A model generated the notes under the pieces. The model worked only from the letters and a program-made list of their open reading frames with translations, did no database searches and was not told where the DNA came from. The translations under genes were made by a program, and so were the position numbers. Source: Vermamoeba vermiformis (taxonomy: Eukaryota). Taken from it: 64,000 nucleotides of DNA. The stretch spans positions 124,001 to 188,000 of the forward strand of contig JBEWZL010000238.1 in assembly GCA_045837725.1 (NCBI GenBank), read 5' to 3'. Positions 11,692 to 23,681 of the stretch are shown here, piece by piece; within the stretch, counting starts at the first letter, position 1, and each line of letters starts with the position of its first letter.

Positions 11692-13927
11692 TTACGTCAG
11701 ACATCCAATAAACTGCAAAATGTCTGACGAAACTGAACGCATAATCTCCTCCACTTGTAGTTTGAAATCATCTCGATAAGGATCGAGTTCCATAATGCGC
11801 ATACTCAGCTCTACATAGCCAAGCGCAGCTGTAACTATACGAATAACAATATTAACAAATGCATTGTGATTTCAATGACATCATCGTACCTGATCCGAGA
11901 TTGATCAAAACATTGAAAAATGTTTCGTCTTGCACTTCATTGTATATTAATATACCCACCCCATCGCTATATATGGTCAGTATAGATACACAATACTAGA
12001 ATTTACTTACTCGGCCAGTTTCGCTACGCAGTACTCGGAGTTTACAATAAATTTGAAGTCGAATCCGCCCTTGCCGTCAGGAATGACCCAATAGTCCTGC
12101 GCGTCAAAGCACCGTGTCGTCACTGCCAGTGGTCGTGCAGCACAAATTTGCTCTGGCGGCACAAGTACACGACTGAACAGCTCGTACAATTGCTGCACTG
12201 CTTTCAGCACTCCTTTCAATTGCAACATATCGCTATGGGGGCATAGTTGTTGATTAGTTTTTACATATACGGGAGTTTGACTTACCTTTTAGATGCACGG
12301 ACTACGTCAAAGAGACTAAGGCCCGTGTGATAATATCGAAACACGAGTCCAAACGAATTCTCGAACTCAAAGCTGAACTCGGCTGTGATCAGATGTGGCA
12401 CTTTTTCTTCCCGTAGAATTTGATGTATTTTCTGCATATTCAAAGAAGGTTAAATAATCGATGTGTGTTAATATTTTTACGTACGAACTCTGTCTGTAAA
12501 TCTTCTGGACCAAAACACCAAATAATCTCAAACCAATTGCTGTGTTGATCGGCAACAATGTGTGCTTAGTAATTTGTTAGTATTATAGTCCTAACGCCTA
12601 TATTGATTTCGTACCATGTTTCTTTCTTTTCATCACCGTTAATGCGGGCTTTGTTTGGAGTATATTATGACGCACCAATAGCTCCGCCAAATGCTTTAAA
12701 TACAGTACTTCATTCGTCGGATGTTTTAATTGCACTTGGGGCGGTAAGCGCGGCACGCTGTATGGGACTTTGGTCCACGGCTTGGATGTACCAGCAAGAA
12801 TATCATCAATCGGCAGTGGCGAGCTGAGATATCGCATATTTTTATTGCGAATAAGTGTAACGAGCTCTGGTGTCGCACCAACGAGCTTGGCAGCTAATAC
12901 AAGTTTACGTTAATTCTCGGAAAATGGTATTAATTTGTACGGCGTATTGTGTTACCTTCTGCCATTGAGTCGTATACCGAATATTGGCACCGATCTATAT
13001 CAGCTCGACGGTAGAGTATATTGCCAATATTGTCGCTAGATAGGAAGTTAATTTTCTCTAGGCTATTTAATTATCCTACTACGTACCCTGAATATTTAGC
13101 GAGCAAAGAGATCTCGTTTGTTATTTCGTACTTGAAATCGTATCCACCTTCCCTATTTGGAACCATAATCGTGTGATTAGCAGAATAGTCGGTGTAGATC
13201 AGAAGAGGTTTGGTTGCATCGGTTAGTCCTGGAGCTGAGCAGTGTTGTATGTTGTACAATGTTTTAATGCCTCTTATAACATCATCAAGTCTAAGACTGA
13301 TGGAGCTTGTCGCGTATTAATAGTTGATCCAAACGATGCTCCAGTACAAAGTTTTGAAATTGACTTACTTTTCTCTTGCGTTGAGGTACTCTGCCAAACT
13401 GACTTCACCGCAATACTTTCGTCTTAATAGATAGCTGCGGCCATTGAATTCGAAATCGAAGTCTGCGACGAGCAGATCCGGAATAGGAAATTCTCGTAGC
13501 AGGCGATGCATCATCTTGAGAGATATAAAGATTATATATGTACAAGAAAGATGGTGGTTATATACCTTCTCTCTTATTCCTTCTCGCTTGTCTTCATGGC
13601 TCCAAACTTCAAAGAACAAATTACGCGCCAGATCTTCGAGCACCAATCCTGTAATACATTTAGGACGATAGATATGCAATTATACAAATCTGACATACTA
13701 TTATTGCCTTTGTTTTGGTTGATTTGGAGTGAGAGACGCTCTTCAGTAATTTTCCTTTGCACTAGCAAATCCGCAATTGTTTCCAACAATTCGCTGTAAT
13801 TTTGGTCATCTTTGTAATATCTAGTATTATTGCTATTTATCATTTGGTTTTTTCCTGTTTGATTTTGAATTTGGTCGGACTTTGTCGGGGAGTGCAGCTG
13901 ACTGTTCGCAATTGATATGCTCGTCAT
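11692..13927 (-). CDS. Protein with two tandem divergent kinase-like (pseudokinase) modules
   Basis: Exons splice in frame across ~12895-12955; two internally homologous halves (IADLLVQRKI/LAELLVRHNI; VPNREGGYDFKY/IPDGKGGFDFKF); kinase subdomain V-VI-like segments. The 3' end is approximate. Confidence 0.55.
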
Positions 13928-14048
13928 TAATACTACATATTATTTGTAGGGCAATCACTGATTGTATTTGAAAAAAAATTAAAGAGAAAAAAGGCGGTCA
14001 AAGAATGCTATGCAAACCAAATCTACTTGGCGGTCAAATTTATCAACG

Positions 14049-15373
14049 TTAAGGAACTTGTTGATATCCACGACCACGTCTCATAATCAAATAAGTTATT
14101 AGTGTCGCTATTCCAGCACTCGCAACGCATGTACTGGCCAAACCAAGACCGAGACCCCAATCCGTTACCGCCAGTTCTTGTGGATCGCTCAAAACATAGC
14201 CTTTAATAGGCCACGATCTATATATATGCATTAGTATATAAAATCAGAATAGTTAGGCGAATACTTGCCCGTCAGTAGCCCAAGATCCAACTGGTACGGA
14301 ATATTCGCCGCTAACTTCAAGAGCCATGGCTATATTGATCTTGTTGCCTATTTTGATCACGGGCTCGCCATTAGAATATTTTAAAAAGGCACCAAACGGA
14401 GCTGAAATCTCGACTGAATGCTGATCGGAGCTGAATCCGTAGTTCATTGCGCCTTTAAACGGTCCATCGACCTTATCTTCGACAAAGCAAATAGCCTCGC
14501 TATCACCAAAGAAATAAGGACCGTCAGGACAACGTTTTCTCTCGCTCTCGCTCATTGGATGTAGCTTATCGTAGTAAATCCACTCAGTGTAGGGCTTGTA
14601 AGTCGAATTTCCGGCCAAAGTGACGATGCCGCGCTTATTCTCATCCCTTGCCTTAACATAAGTAGCATTGTCGTTCATGGCGTGGAGCAAAAGATGCGCA
14701 GTGTTGAAAGTACCGTTGTACATCTCGAGTTCAAAGTGCATGTCGATGCCACAAACGAACGGATAATAGCCACCCAAATTAGTGCAATAGCCTGTGTCGA
14801 GGTTATCATCAACATCGAGCATGATTTGGATGTAAGATCGGCCAGCACTCGTCGAAGCATTAACTTGTTTTTCTGTTCGTTCAATATTTCCTTTGGCACG
14901 CATATACTATTGTCATAATTAATACCATACAGGTACAGACTTTGGAGCAATTTATATCATTATTATACCAAAATATTTTTGGATCCAAAAATTCAAAAAA
15001 TAATGTAATTACTTACAGCATACAGATTGTGCGCGTCATGTGTGAATTTGTACTCTAATAAGTTAGCATCATCATTATACACGTGTGGTGGCTGGCCGCA
15101 ACGCTCTTTAGAGTTTGTATCGTGGACATCTGGAATCCCATCTTGCAAGACTGACCCATCAGCTAAATCATCAGGGTCGCTGTGACTAGGAACGTCTTTC
15201 CAATCATCAAACTTGCCATCTATTTTAATAGGATAGCTCTTCTCGCTCAAACAAATTGAAACGAAGAATGCAACCAAAATCGCGACGCTCAACCAAGACT
15301 TCCTAATAATATTGTAAGTACAGTACTATATAATACGATTACTATAGTAATACTTGCATTGGTGGTTCCTCAT
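14049..15373 (-). CDS. Type I membrane protein with a CBM9/DOMON-like IDGxFDDW ectodomain
   Basis: Hydrophobic signal segment WLSVAILVAFFVSICLS, then IKIDGKFDDW, beta-rich acidic body, C-terminal TM and RRGRGYQQVP tail. Confidence 0.6.
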
Positions 15374-15777
15374 AAAACAGCGACGTTTCAAAAAAATAAA
15401 GGTTGTGAATCAACAACAAGGTCCCATTGACTCCGAGCGAATACCGCACTTGATGAGTCGCCGTCATTATTAATTGTTTAACCTGCGGTAACATGTACAG
15501 AAGGTTATGATGACAGAGATGTAATTACAATCGGATCAAACCATAGTTTTCACGAACAAAGACGTATTAGTAATGAAGGAGATTGATTTTATCAATAGAT
15601 GATTGTCATACTTGATAAATTGCTTTATGTCTATGTTTGGGTTTGAAACAGAATTGACCAAATAAGGCGAATGGATCACCATCGGAGCATGTGATTTTTT
15701 GTTCATAAATAGCTCTCAGAGTCGCTTTAGTCTCTCAACAAGCTTGTTACATACACCACTGCTAGTAATCACGCACT

Positions 15778-17197
15778 ATGACTTCATTCTTCAATCCGTA
15801 CGATTCCGTAGCCAGGCAGTTCGTGCGCCAATTGCGCGACACTTACGAACAGATGTATGGTGTCAGTCAAGTGGCTGAATATGGTGAGATTATTGGATGG
15901 GTCGGAAATATGGCTTTGGTACGTTAGCGGTTCAATTTAGCAAAAATCAACGGATTTGAAATTGTCTTTAATAATTCAAAAATAATCCAGCGATAATCGC
16001 CTGTGTAATATGGAATTTTGATCGCATCTATTTGTTTGTTACACGATTAAATAAATTAATTATGGATTAGGAAATTATCGCCAACTCAGATGCGCTGTAT
16101 CACAACGTTGAGCATACAATGCACGTTACTCTCGTCGGACAGGTAAATAACATATATTCACTCACTTTAGCATCAATATTATCGTTTATTTTTGAGTGGA
16201 ATTCCGCAACCGTTACTAAGTGCCTCGATCTAATTTAATTTCCTTTGTTTAGGAGATATTACGAGGCAAGCATATTATGGAAGGAGGTGTTAGTCGAGAA
16301 GATTGGTTGCACTTCGTAGTGTCGTTATTATTCCACGATATTGGTTATGTAAAAGGAATCTGTTTGTAAGTACATCCGAATCTAGCTTTCTTATCCAATT
16401 TCATGATTATTTATATGATCTTATAGGGGAGATAAACCAACAGAAGGATTATATGAAGACGGTAAAGGCGGATTCGTTAAAGTAGCGGTTGGCTCGACGG
16501 ATGCGTCTTTAACTCCTCACCACGTCGATCGCGGCAAGTTATTCGTCAAACAACGCTTTGGAAATCACAAGGTAGGTCTTATATATTATATAGAATCTTT
16601 TTATTGCTATAACAAGTCCCCACAAAGTCATAGAAAAAAATTGCCTTTTAAGGTGCAAATCGGATCCAGCACACAAAGACTTGAAAATCACTGTAATATT
16701 GCCTAATATGTCTATAATAGATCCTCAAAGCCGATGTTATCGCTGCTAACATTGAACTCACTCGTTTCCCCGTGCCTCAGGACAGCGATCATGCCGACAC
16801 AACTGGATTCCCTGGTCTGGTACGTAGAACTCATCTTAGCCCCATATAATCCACTATTATATCATTCATATACCCATATAAACATATTTCTAATGTATTT
16901 TCGTAGGTCCGAGCGGCAGATCTGATCGGTCAATTGTCGGATCCTCGTTACTTGAGCAAAACACCAGCCTTGTTCTACGAATTCGCAGAAACAGGCGAGA
17001 CGAAGAAGAGAGGCTGGAATACACCTGCGGACATTAGAACGGCTTATCCTGGATTTTTCTGGCACTCTGTTGCGAATTACGTAAAACCAGCGCTGCAGCA
17101 TCTGGGAGTGACGCACAGCGGCAAGGTCTATCTCGCTAATTTATATGCGCAGGTGTTTGCTGTTGAACATGGCGCGCAGTTGGGCACTAAGCAGTGA
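15778..17197 (+). CDS. HD-domain metal-dependent phosphohydrolase, cyanobacterial Npun_R2479-like
   Basis: Spliced: IANSDALYHNVEHTMHVTLVGQEILRGKH...LLFHDIGYVKG...TDASLTPHHVDRGK...IELTRFPVP...VRAADLIGQLSDPRYL...ALFYEFAETG; about 6 introns. Confidence 0.85.
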
Positions 17198-17536
17198 ATT
17201 TGAGCTTGCTGTTGCTACATCCGCGAGGACGAAATTTCCGAGCAAGTTTAATTGTACCAATGTAATAATAAACCTCATATAGGACTACAGCATATCGATA
17301 TTGAACAAATTTAAGACGTGTTTTTGCGAGATCTACAACGGCAACATTTTTCGCGCTACAATATCTTCAACTTTCAGCAAGCATTAACACAATCCATGAC
17401 ACTACTAGCTGCATATAGTTGATACATAATATTATTTAAGACATTGCATCGCGAATAACAAGCAGAAAATTGTTTCGAAAAAGAGCCGATCGAGATGCAA
17501 CCAATTTATCCCGACAAAGCAACAGTTAATTTTTAT

Positions 17537-19141
17537 ATGCCCAGTGCATTAGAGACAAGTGCTTGGCAATTGTATTTATTAGGTAATTAGCCGTTAAAAT
17601 TTATTGGTTAATTATTTTAGATCTGGCCGAAATTAATTATTTATTTTAGTTGGCATTAATATTGCCGGATGGCTGTATAGTATTATAGTATTAGGAAAGC
17701 GATTTGCTATGCACAGGTTTTTTTATTTCAAGGTAATCTTAATTCGGGATCTCAAGATCAAAAAATGTGATCGACTAACAAAAAATTGTATTATAGAACA
17801 TAATATTATTTATGGCGGCAGTAGCATTATTATACGATGCTATATTGTTCTTTGCCGGTGCTTATCCTGAAATCAGATTTACAGCCATGATTTATTTGAG
17901 CGCCATTTTACCACGTTATTTTCAGTTTATGACGTAAGTACCATTATATTATATATTTAATAGTCCTATAGTATATACTTAATATTTTAGTAGTATTTAA
18001 TTAATTTCGCTGGGTTAGATACACATTGCTATTACTATATTTGGCAAGAGGATTAATTCTGCTGCACGGCAACGAAGTAAGTTAAAAATAGCATATAATT
18101 ATCAACTATTATATACATATCACATATATAATTATTAAATGCTTCAATATATTGTTATAAAAATATTTTATTTAATTCTGTGGATCCGTCAAATATTAAC
18201 TTTTTTCCTAATATAGAAATTGCTGTCACGAGTGCTGTACCCGACCTACGTATTCTCCATGGCTATATTCACGACACTATCAGTCGTACTGTCAGTGGCT
18301 ACTGGTCGCATCATTCAATTTTTAGTGTGGTACGATTTTATTGGCGGACTCGTTGTAGCACGTAAGTATAAAATAATACGCCATATATATATATTACTAT
18401 CGATATTAATATACTACCATAATTCGAATTTTTTACGACGATATCAAGTGCTAGATCTGAATAAACTTCAAGACGTGAAAAAATTATTCGGATCTACGCA
18501 AAACATTTGAATTATTTTTAAATAGATCTATATTAGTATTAATATAGATATGGCCTAATTAATACTAATGTCAATGCCTCTGTACAGTGATCGGTATCAT
18601 CGGCTCGTTGTTGTACTGGCGATTGCGCGCCATGTCATTGTCAGCCACAAAAAAGAAAAAAGTAAGCGCAAGAATAGAGCAATATGAATAGATATCATCG
18701 ATATATATATATTAATATTATCGTTATTATAGTTCCGTATTACTATAGTCTGCATTGGCACGTATTATTTTTTGAACGCAGTGCGCGTGTTGTTCAATAT
18801 TTTGATCATGTTGCATTTGAATCCGATTGAAGACGCGTTCAGACATTCACACACCTATAATCCTAATGCTTTCTATTCTATATTCATGGTACGTACTTTA
18901 TTATTTTATTTTTTGCGAATGGATCTGATCCCATCCATCTGCCAAAAATTTTATTATTTGTCTTCACGATTAATCTTTGCAAGTATTCTCCATCGTTTTT
19001 ATTGATAAATTTCCTTTTTAGGCACTAAATTTCTTCTCACGTACATTGCCAGCGCTCATTATCATCATTTGTGTGCGGTTAATGACGCACTTCAACCCTA
19101 GTACTGAACGGATCCGTTTGATTCACACTGTAAATAATTAA
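17537..19141 (+). CDS. Multi-pass (about 7 TM) membrane protein, GPCR-like
   Basis: Many short hydrophobic exons bounded by GT-AG; ends ...IIIICVRLMTHFNPSTERIRLIHTVNN*. Family not identified. Confidence 0.55.
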
Positions 19142-19301
19142 ATTGTTAAGTTATTATTAATGGGCAGGTCCATTATGTAGTTTTTCATGCCCCGCGGTCG
19201 CATTTTCCAATTTGGACCTTTCTCATTACAAAAAACTTGATGCCAATTAGGTGTTAATTTATATATACATCTATTGTTACAAATATGAATGCTAAACGAT
19301 G

Positions 19302-22300
19302 CTAACTTTCAATAGTGAGCTGCAAATCGTCTTCTTCATCCGTAGCAAGTTTTTGGTACCTTGCAGCCGTGCGCGCATTGCACTTGCGCAAAGGAATTAA
19401 TCGTACAATAAGACCTATTCCCAACATTAATATTATAAATTGAGAGGAGCTGTCGGGTACGTACCAAGAGGCAATATGGATAGCGAGACAAGTAAGCACA
19501 CACTCCACTCAAATGCGTTGAGTGGCGTGGTCGAGAAGAAATTTCCACCGAACTGCACGAACATGATTTGCATAATAGCCGTGAAAATTATAATGCCAAC
19601 GAATATCCAATTGGTAAATATGCCTTTGAGCACGTTGATTTCTGCAGAAAATAAGTTAGTCCAAAAAAAAGTGAGATCTGAGTCCGGATATCCGTACCAT
19701 CATTAATTTTGCGACAATTGATCTCGTTGAAGATTTGAATGAACACAAATGTATTGAAGATCATCGTGTAGTGCACTGATGGTCCATCGATTGATTTCCC
19801 AGCTGGAATGTCCAACAACGTCGGTCCAAAGTAGACCATGCCCAACAATACCAAGCACTAGGCAGCCGTTAGTAATTTAACTCTAGTATTGATATTATAG
19901 TACCTGATAGACACCGACAACGCCAATATTCTTCAACATTCTTGGTGTGATTAGACGTCCTTGTCGGCCAGTAGGTGTGCGGTCAAGTACGTCACGCGTA
20001 GGCTTTTCCGTGCCTAGTGCGAGAGCAGCCATGCTGTCCATGATCAGATTGACCCACAAGAGCTGAATAGCGCGCAGTGGCATGCCGTAGTTAGATGTGG
20101 CGGTGATAGTAGCCGTCACTAAGGCCACGAAATTAGTCGTCAATTGGAACTGCAAAAACTTCTTGATGTTATCGTTGATATTTCGGCCCCACATCACTGC
20201 CTTCACGATCGATGCGAAATTGTCGTCCAGAATAATGACGTCTAAGCGATATAATTAGAAATCACAGTAGCTGTAAAAGGAATAATTACCTGAGGCTCTC
20301 TTGGCGACATCAGTGCCTGACAAGCCCATTGCCAGGCCAACATCAGCAGCTATAATAACGTTAGTCTAATGCTTTTTCATTTGTCCTTTACTAACCTTTC
20401 AACGCTGCCGCATCATTCGTTCCGTCACCGGTTACAGCAACAACTTCGCCCATGTCACGCAATCTAGTGATGTCGATTAGCAATGCTATTATGATAGACT
20501 AATGATGCTTACTTGTTGACTAGATTGAATTTGTCCATCGGTGTTGAACGGGCCAGGACACGCAGCCTTGGCAATAGTTCGTTAACTTGGTCCTCAGACA
20601 GGGCACGGAACTCGCTGGCATCAATAGCCACCTCGTCTAATCATAGCATTAGATATGTATTAGTAGCACTATTCATTATTACCGGTGCCTAGAATGGTGC
20701 ATTCTTCGGCGATCTTAATGGCGGTCTGAAGATCTGGTACAAGTCAAAGAAAGAATAACAAGAGAATAAGTGCTAATAGTGTTCAAGTATAAGGTAGTTA
20801 AGGATACTGTCGCCAGTCACCATTCTAACACAAATACCAGCCTTTTTGCATTGACTAACGGCTTCTGCGGCCTCACGTCTCAACGGATCGGCAATACCAA
20901 CAATAGCCAGCGCAGTTAGCTTAGTCTCGTTTTCTTCGTGAATACTCATCGCCTCAGCTGCAGTATGTCTAAAGTTACGATAGCCCAAGAACAAAGTTCG
21001 CAAGCCTGCAAAAAGTTAGAGTCTATTTCGAGATCCCGAGATCCGCTCACCTTTTTTGGCCAAGTATTCGGTATATTGACTTAACTCTTCTTTTTTCTGC
21101 TCATTCAACTCTGTGACTTGACCCTCTTTATCAACAATCGTATCGCACAACTTGAGCAGCAATTCTGGCTGGCCCTAAACAAGCATTTAGCGAGGGGTAC
21201 TTTCCAACAATGGTTCTTACTTTAATATGCAATCTATAATTGTGCACGTCGCCTGTGCGTTCTATCAGGGTAGACATTCGCTTTCGTTCGGAAGAAAAGC
21301 AGAGCACACCACAAGGGCTCGCATCACTGCGCCATTGTTTGTACTCGACACCCAACTCGTGCACGAACTTCAACAGTGCGCACTCGGTCTTGTTGCCTAT
21401 GTAATTGATTGGATGACCCTCTTTCATCTCAACGTCAGCTGTAGAATTGATGGATATGCCTTCGGAGATCAGATCTCTAAGGTGTTCGGGCAGATCTATC
21501 TCCAGAGGCACGCTTGAAAATACTATATCTCCTATTCGCCCCTAAGCTCAAGTTTGTTAGTGCGATATTCATTGTGTGCCAAAAAAGGACAATTAGGTTA
21601 TCTTACTTCTACGACCGACATCCGGTTTTCAGTCAGGGTACCAGTCTTGTCCGAACAAATAGTTGTAGCAACGCCCATAGTCTCGCAAGCATCGAGATGG
21701 CTAAAAAAATAAGCGTCAAAACCTGCTCAACGAGCCAACAGGCAAAAAGAAAACTGCCCTCACTGGGAATCGAACCCAAGACCTCTAGTTTACGAGACTA
21801 GCGCTCTGCCAACTGAGCTATAAGGGCGGTGTTGAAGGCGCCTTAAAGGAAAAAAAGCGCGACTCCGGAAAGACGAGACAGAGCTCCAACTTACCGCACT
21901 AGGTTCTGGTCTCGCATCATTTGCTTGACCGAGTATGCCAAACTAATTGTAACGGCCAATGGCAATCCTTCTGGCACGGCGACCACGACTATTGTAACTG
22001 CAACGATAAAGTTGTTGACCAATCTAAAGCACGTCAGCATATAATGTATCTTACTGCCTATCGAGTAACTTACTTCTTGAAATCTTTGGCTTCCCACGGT
22101 GAGTTCCAAAAATCGTTGAAGAACCACCACGCAGTAAGTATGACGAATATAGTAATAGCGACACCCAAGCCTACTTTGCCAATCAACTCGGCCAAGTCTG
22201 ATAGCTTCTCTTGCAGGGGAGTTTTATTCTCGTCTAAGCTCGACTCAACGGAACGAATAATGTTACCCCATTGCGAATTCATTCCAACAGCTAACACGAG

Positions 22301-23413
22301 CATAACGCCCATGCCATCAGTGACCTATTAGGATTAGTACAATGACATGTGTAGTCAGTAGGTCCCACTTACCGTCGATCCTGAAAACAGAAAAGCATCG
22401 AGCTCGTTTTTCCTTGCCGGCAATGACTCTCCAGTGATCGATGACTCGTCGACTCTAAGATCTAACACAACCATTCAGTATAATCTAGTCGTTATGATAT
22501 GCTAATATCGTACCATAGCCCTCAACGAGAACACCGTCACATGCAATCTGATCGCCTGGCTCTAATCTGACAATATCGCCAACAAAAATTTCATGCATGT
22601 CAACCATGACACGTTCTCCATCACGAATGACCTTCACACAGGTTTCTTCTTTCTTTTTGTTTAAGTCACGAAACTGTTTGTCTTTACTCCATTCGTTAAA
22701 CGTCTGTTTGGATTGGTTAGTCGCGACTGCAGATCTGAAAGTACTTAATATTAGCTTTACCGTAACTACAGCAACTATAATGACCGCCACTAATATAGCT
22801 ACACCGTCAATCCAGCCACTGTCATTTGAATTAACCTCAGTGGGTACAGCCACGCCGAGAATAATAGACACAACTGCAGCGACCGTCAGAATAATCACCG
22901 TATGGTCCTAACGAAGTAAAAGTATTAGAAACGAACACGTAATTAAGTAGCATATTTAGATCAATAGCAAGATAAAGGAATTATTATTCTGCGGATAATT
23001 AAGGAATTTTACGAGCAATCGCCAGCCAACTTACTTGCCAAACGGAGAAAAAGAGCTTGAATAAATTGAGGGGCGGTGACTCTTCGAATGTGTTGGTTCC
23101 ATAGCTGTACAGAGTCAAGGGAAAACCAGATCCGATTAAATATTACAATAAAATTTCAAAATTAAGGATACTATTTTCTGCGTGCCTCATAATTATCGTC
23201 CTCTTCAACACGTGGCAGACCCGCAACCAAATCTGTTTTTAAGCATTCTGCAAGATGTTCAAGCTTTGATCGAGTGTTTACAGTGGACGGGTCGCGATCT
23301 AGCATTATCTTGCGAAGATCTTCGTTTTCTATACCAAATACTGGCTCATAGTGATCTAAATCTTCCAGTTGAATAGCACTGTCTTTCAGGGATCTAAATC
23401 CGATCTGCGCCAT
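19302..23413 (-). CDS. P-type IIB plasma-membrane Ca2+-ATPase (PMCA-like)
   Basis: [21 protein letters not shown] phosphorylation site, [41 protein letters not shown]. Confidence 0.95.
21755..21827 (-). tRNA. tRNA-Thr(CGU) inside a PMCA intron
   Basis: Reverse complement GCCCTTATAGCTCAGTTGGCAGAGCGCTAGTCTCGTAAACTAGAGGTCTTGGGTTCGATTCCCAGTGAGGGCA folds as a cloverleaf: anticodon stem CTAGT/ACTAG, anticodon CGT, T-loop TTCGATT; followed by a TTTTCTTTTT Pol III terminator. Confidence 0.95.
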
Positions 23414-23681
23414 TGAGAAGCGTATTTGTAGATTTGTGATTCGAAGTATATTATAACGAGATTACATATCAGTGTAATCTTGTCAGTTGTTGATGCTGTG
23501 GGCACGAAAAGGAAAAAACAAAAACCCGATCTTGCCCAAAAAAACGGCTAGGACCAAAAATAGCAAGCAGGGTAATTAATATGGCTAGAATTACGATTTC
23601 GAATTGAAGGATAATTTAATTAATGTACAGAAAAAAGGGTTAATTAACAGGTGCGTCCGCAGGTTGTTACGTATTTCGAAT

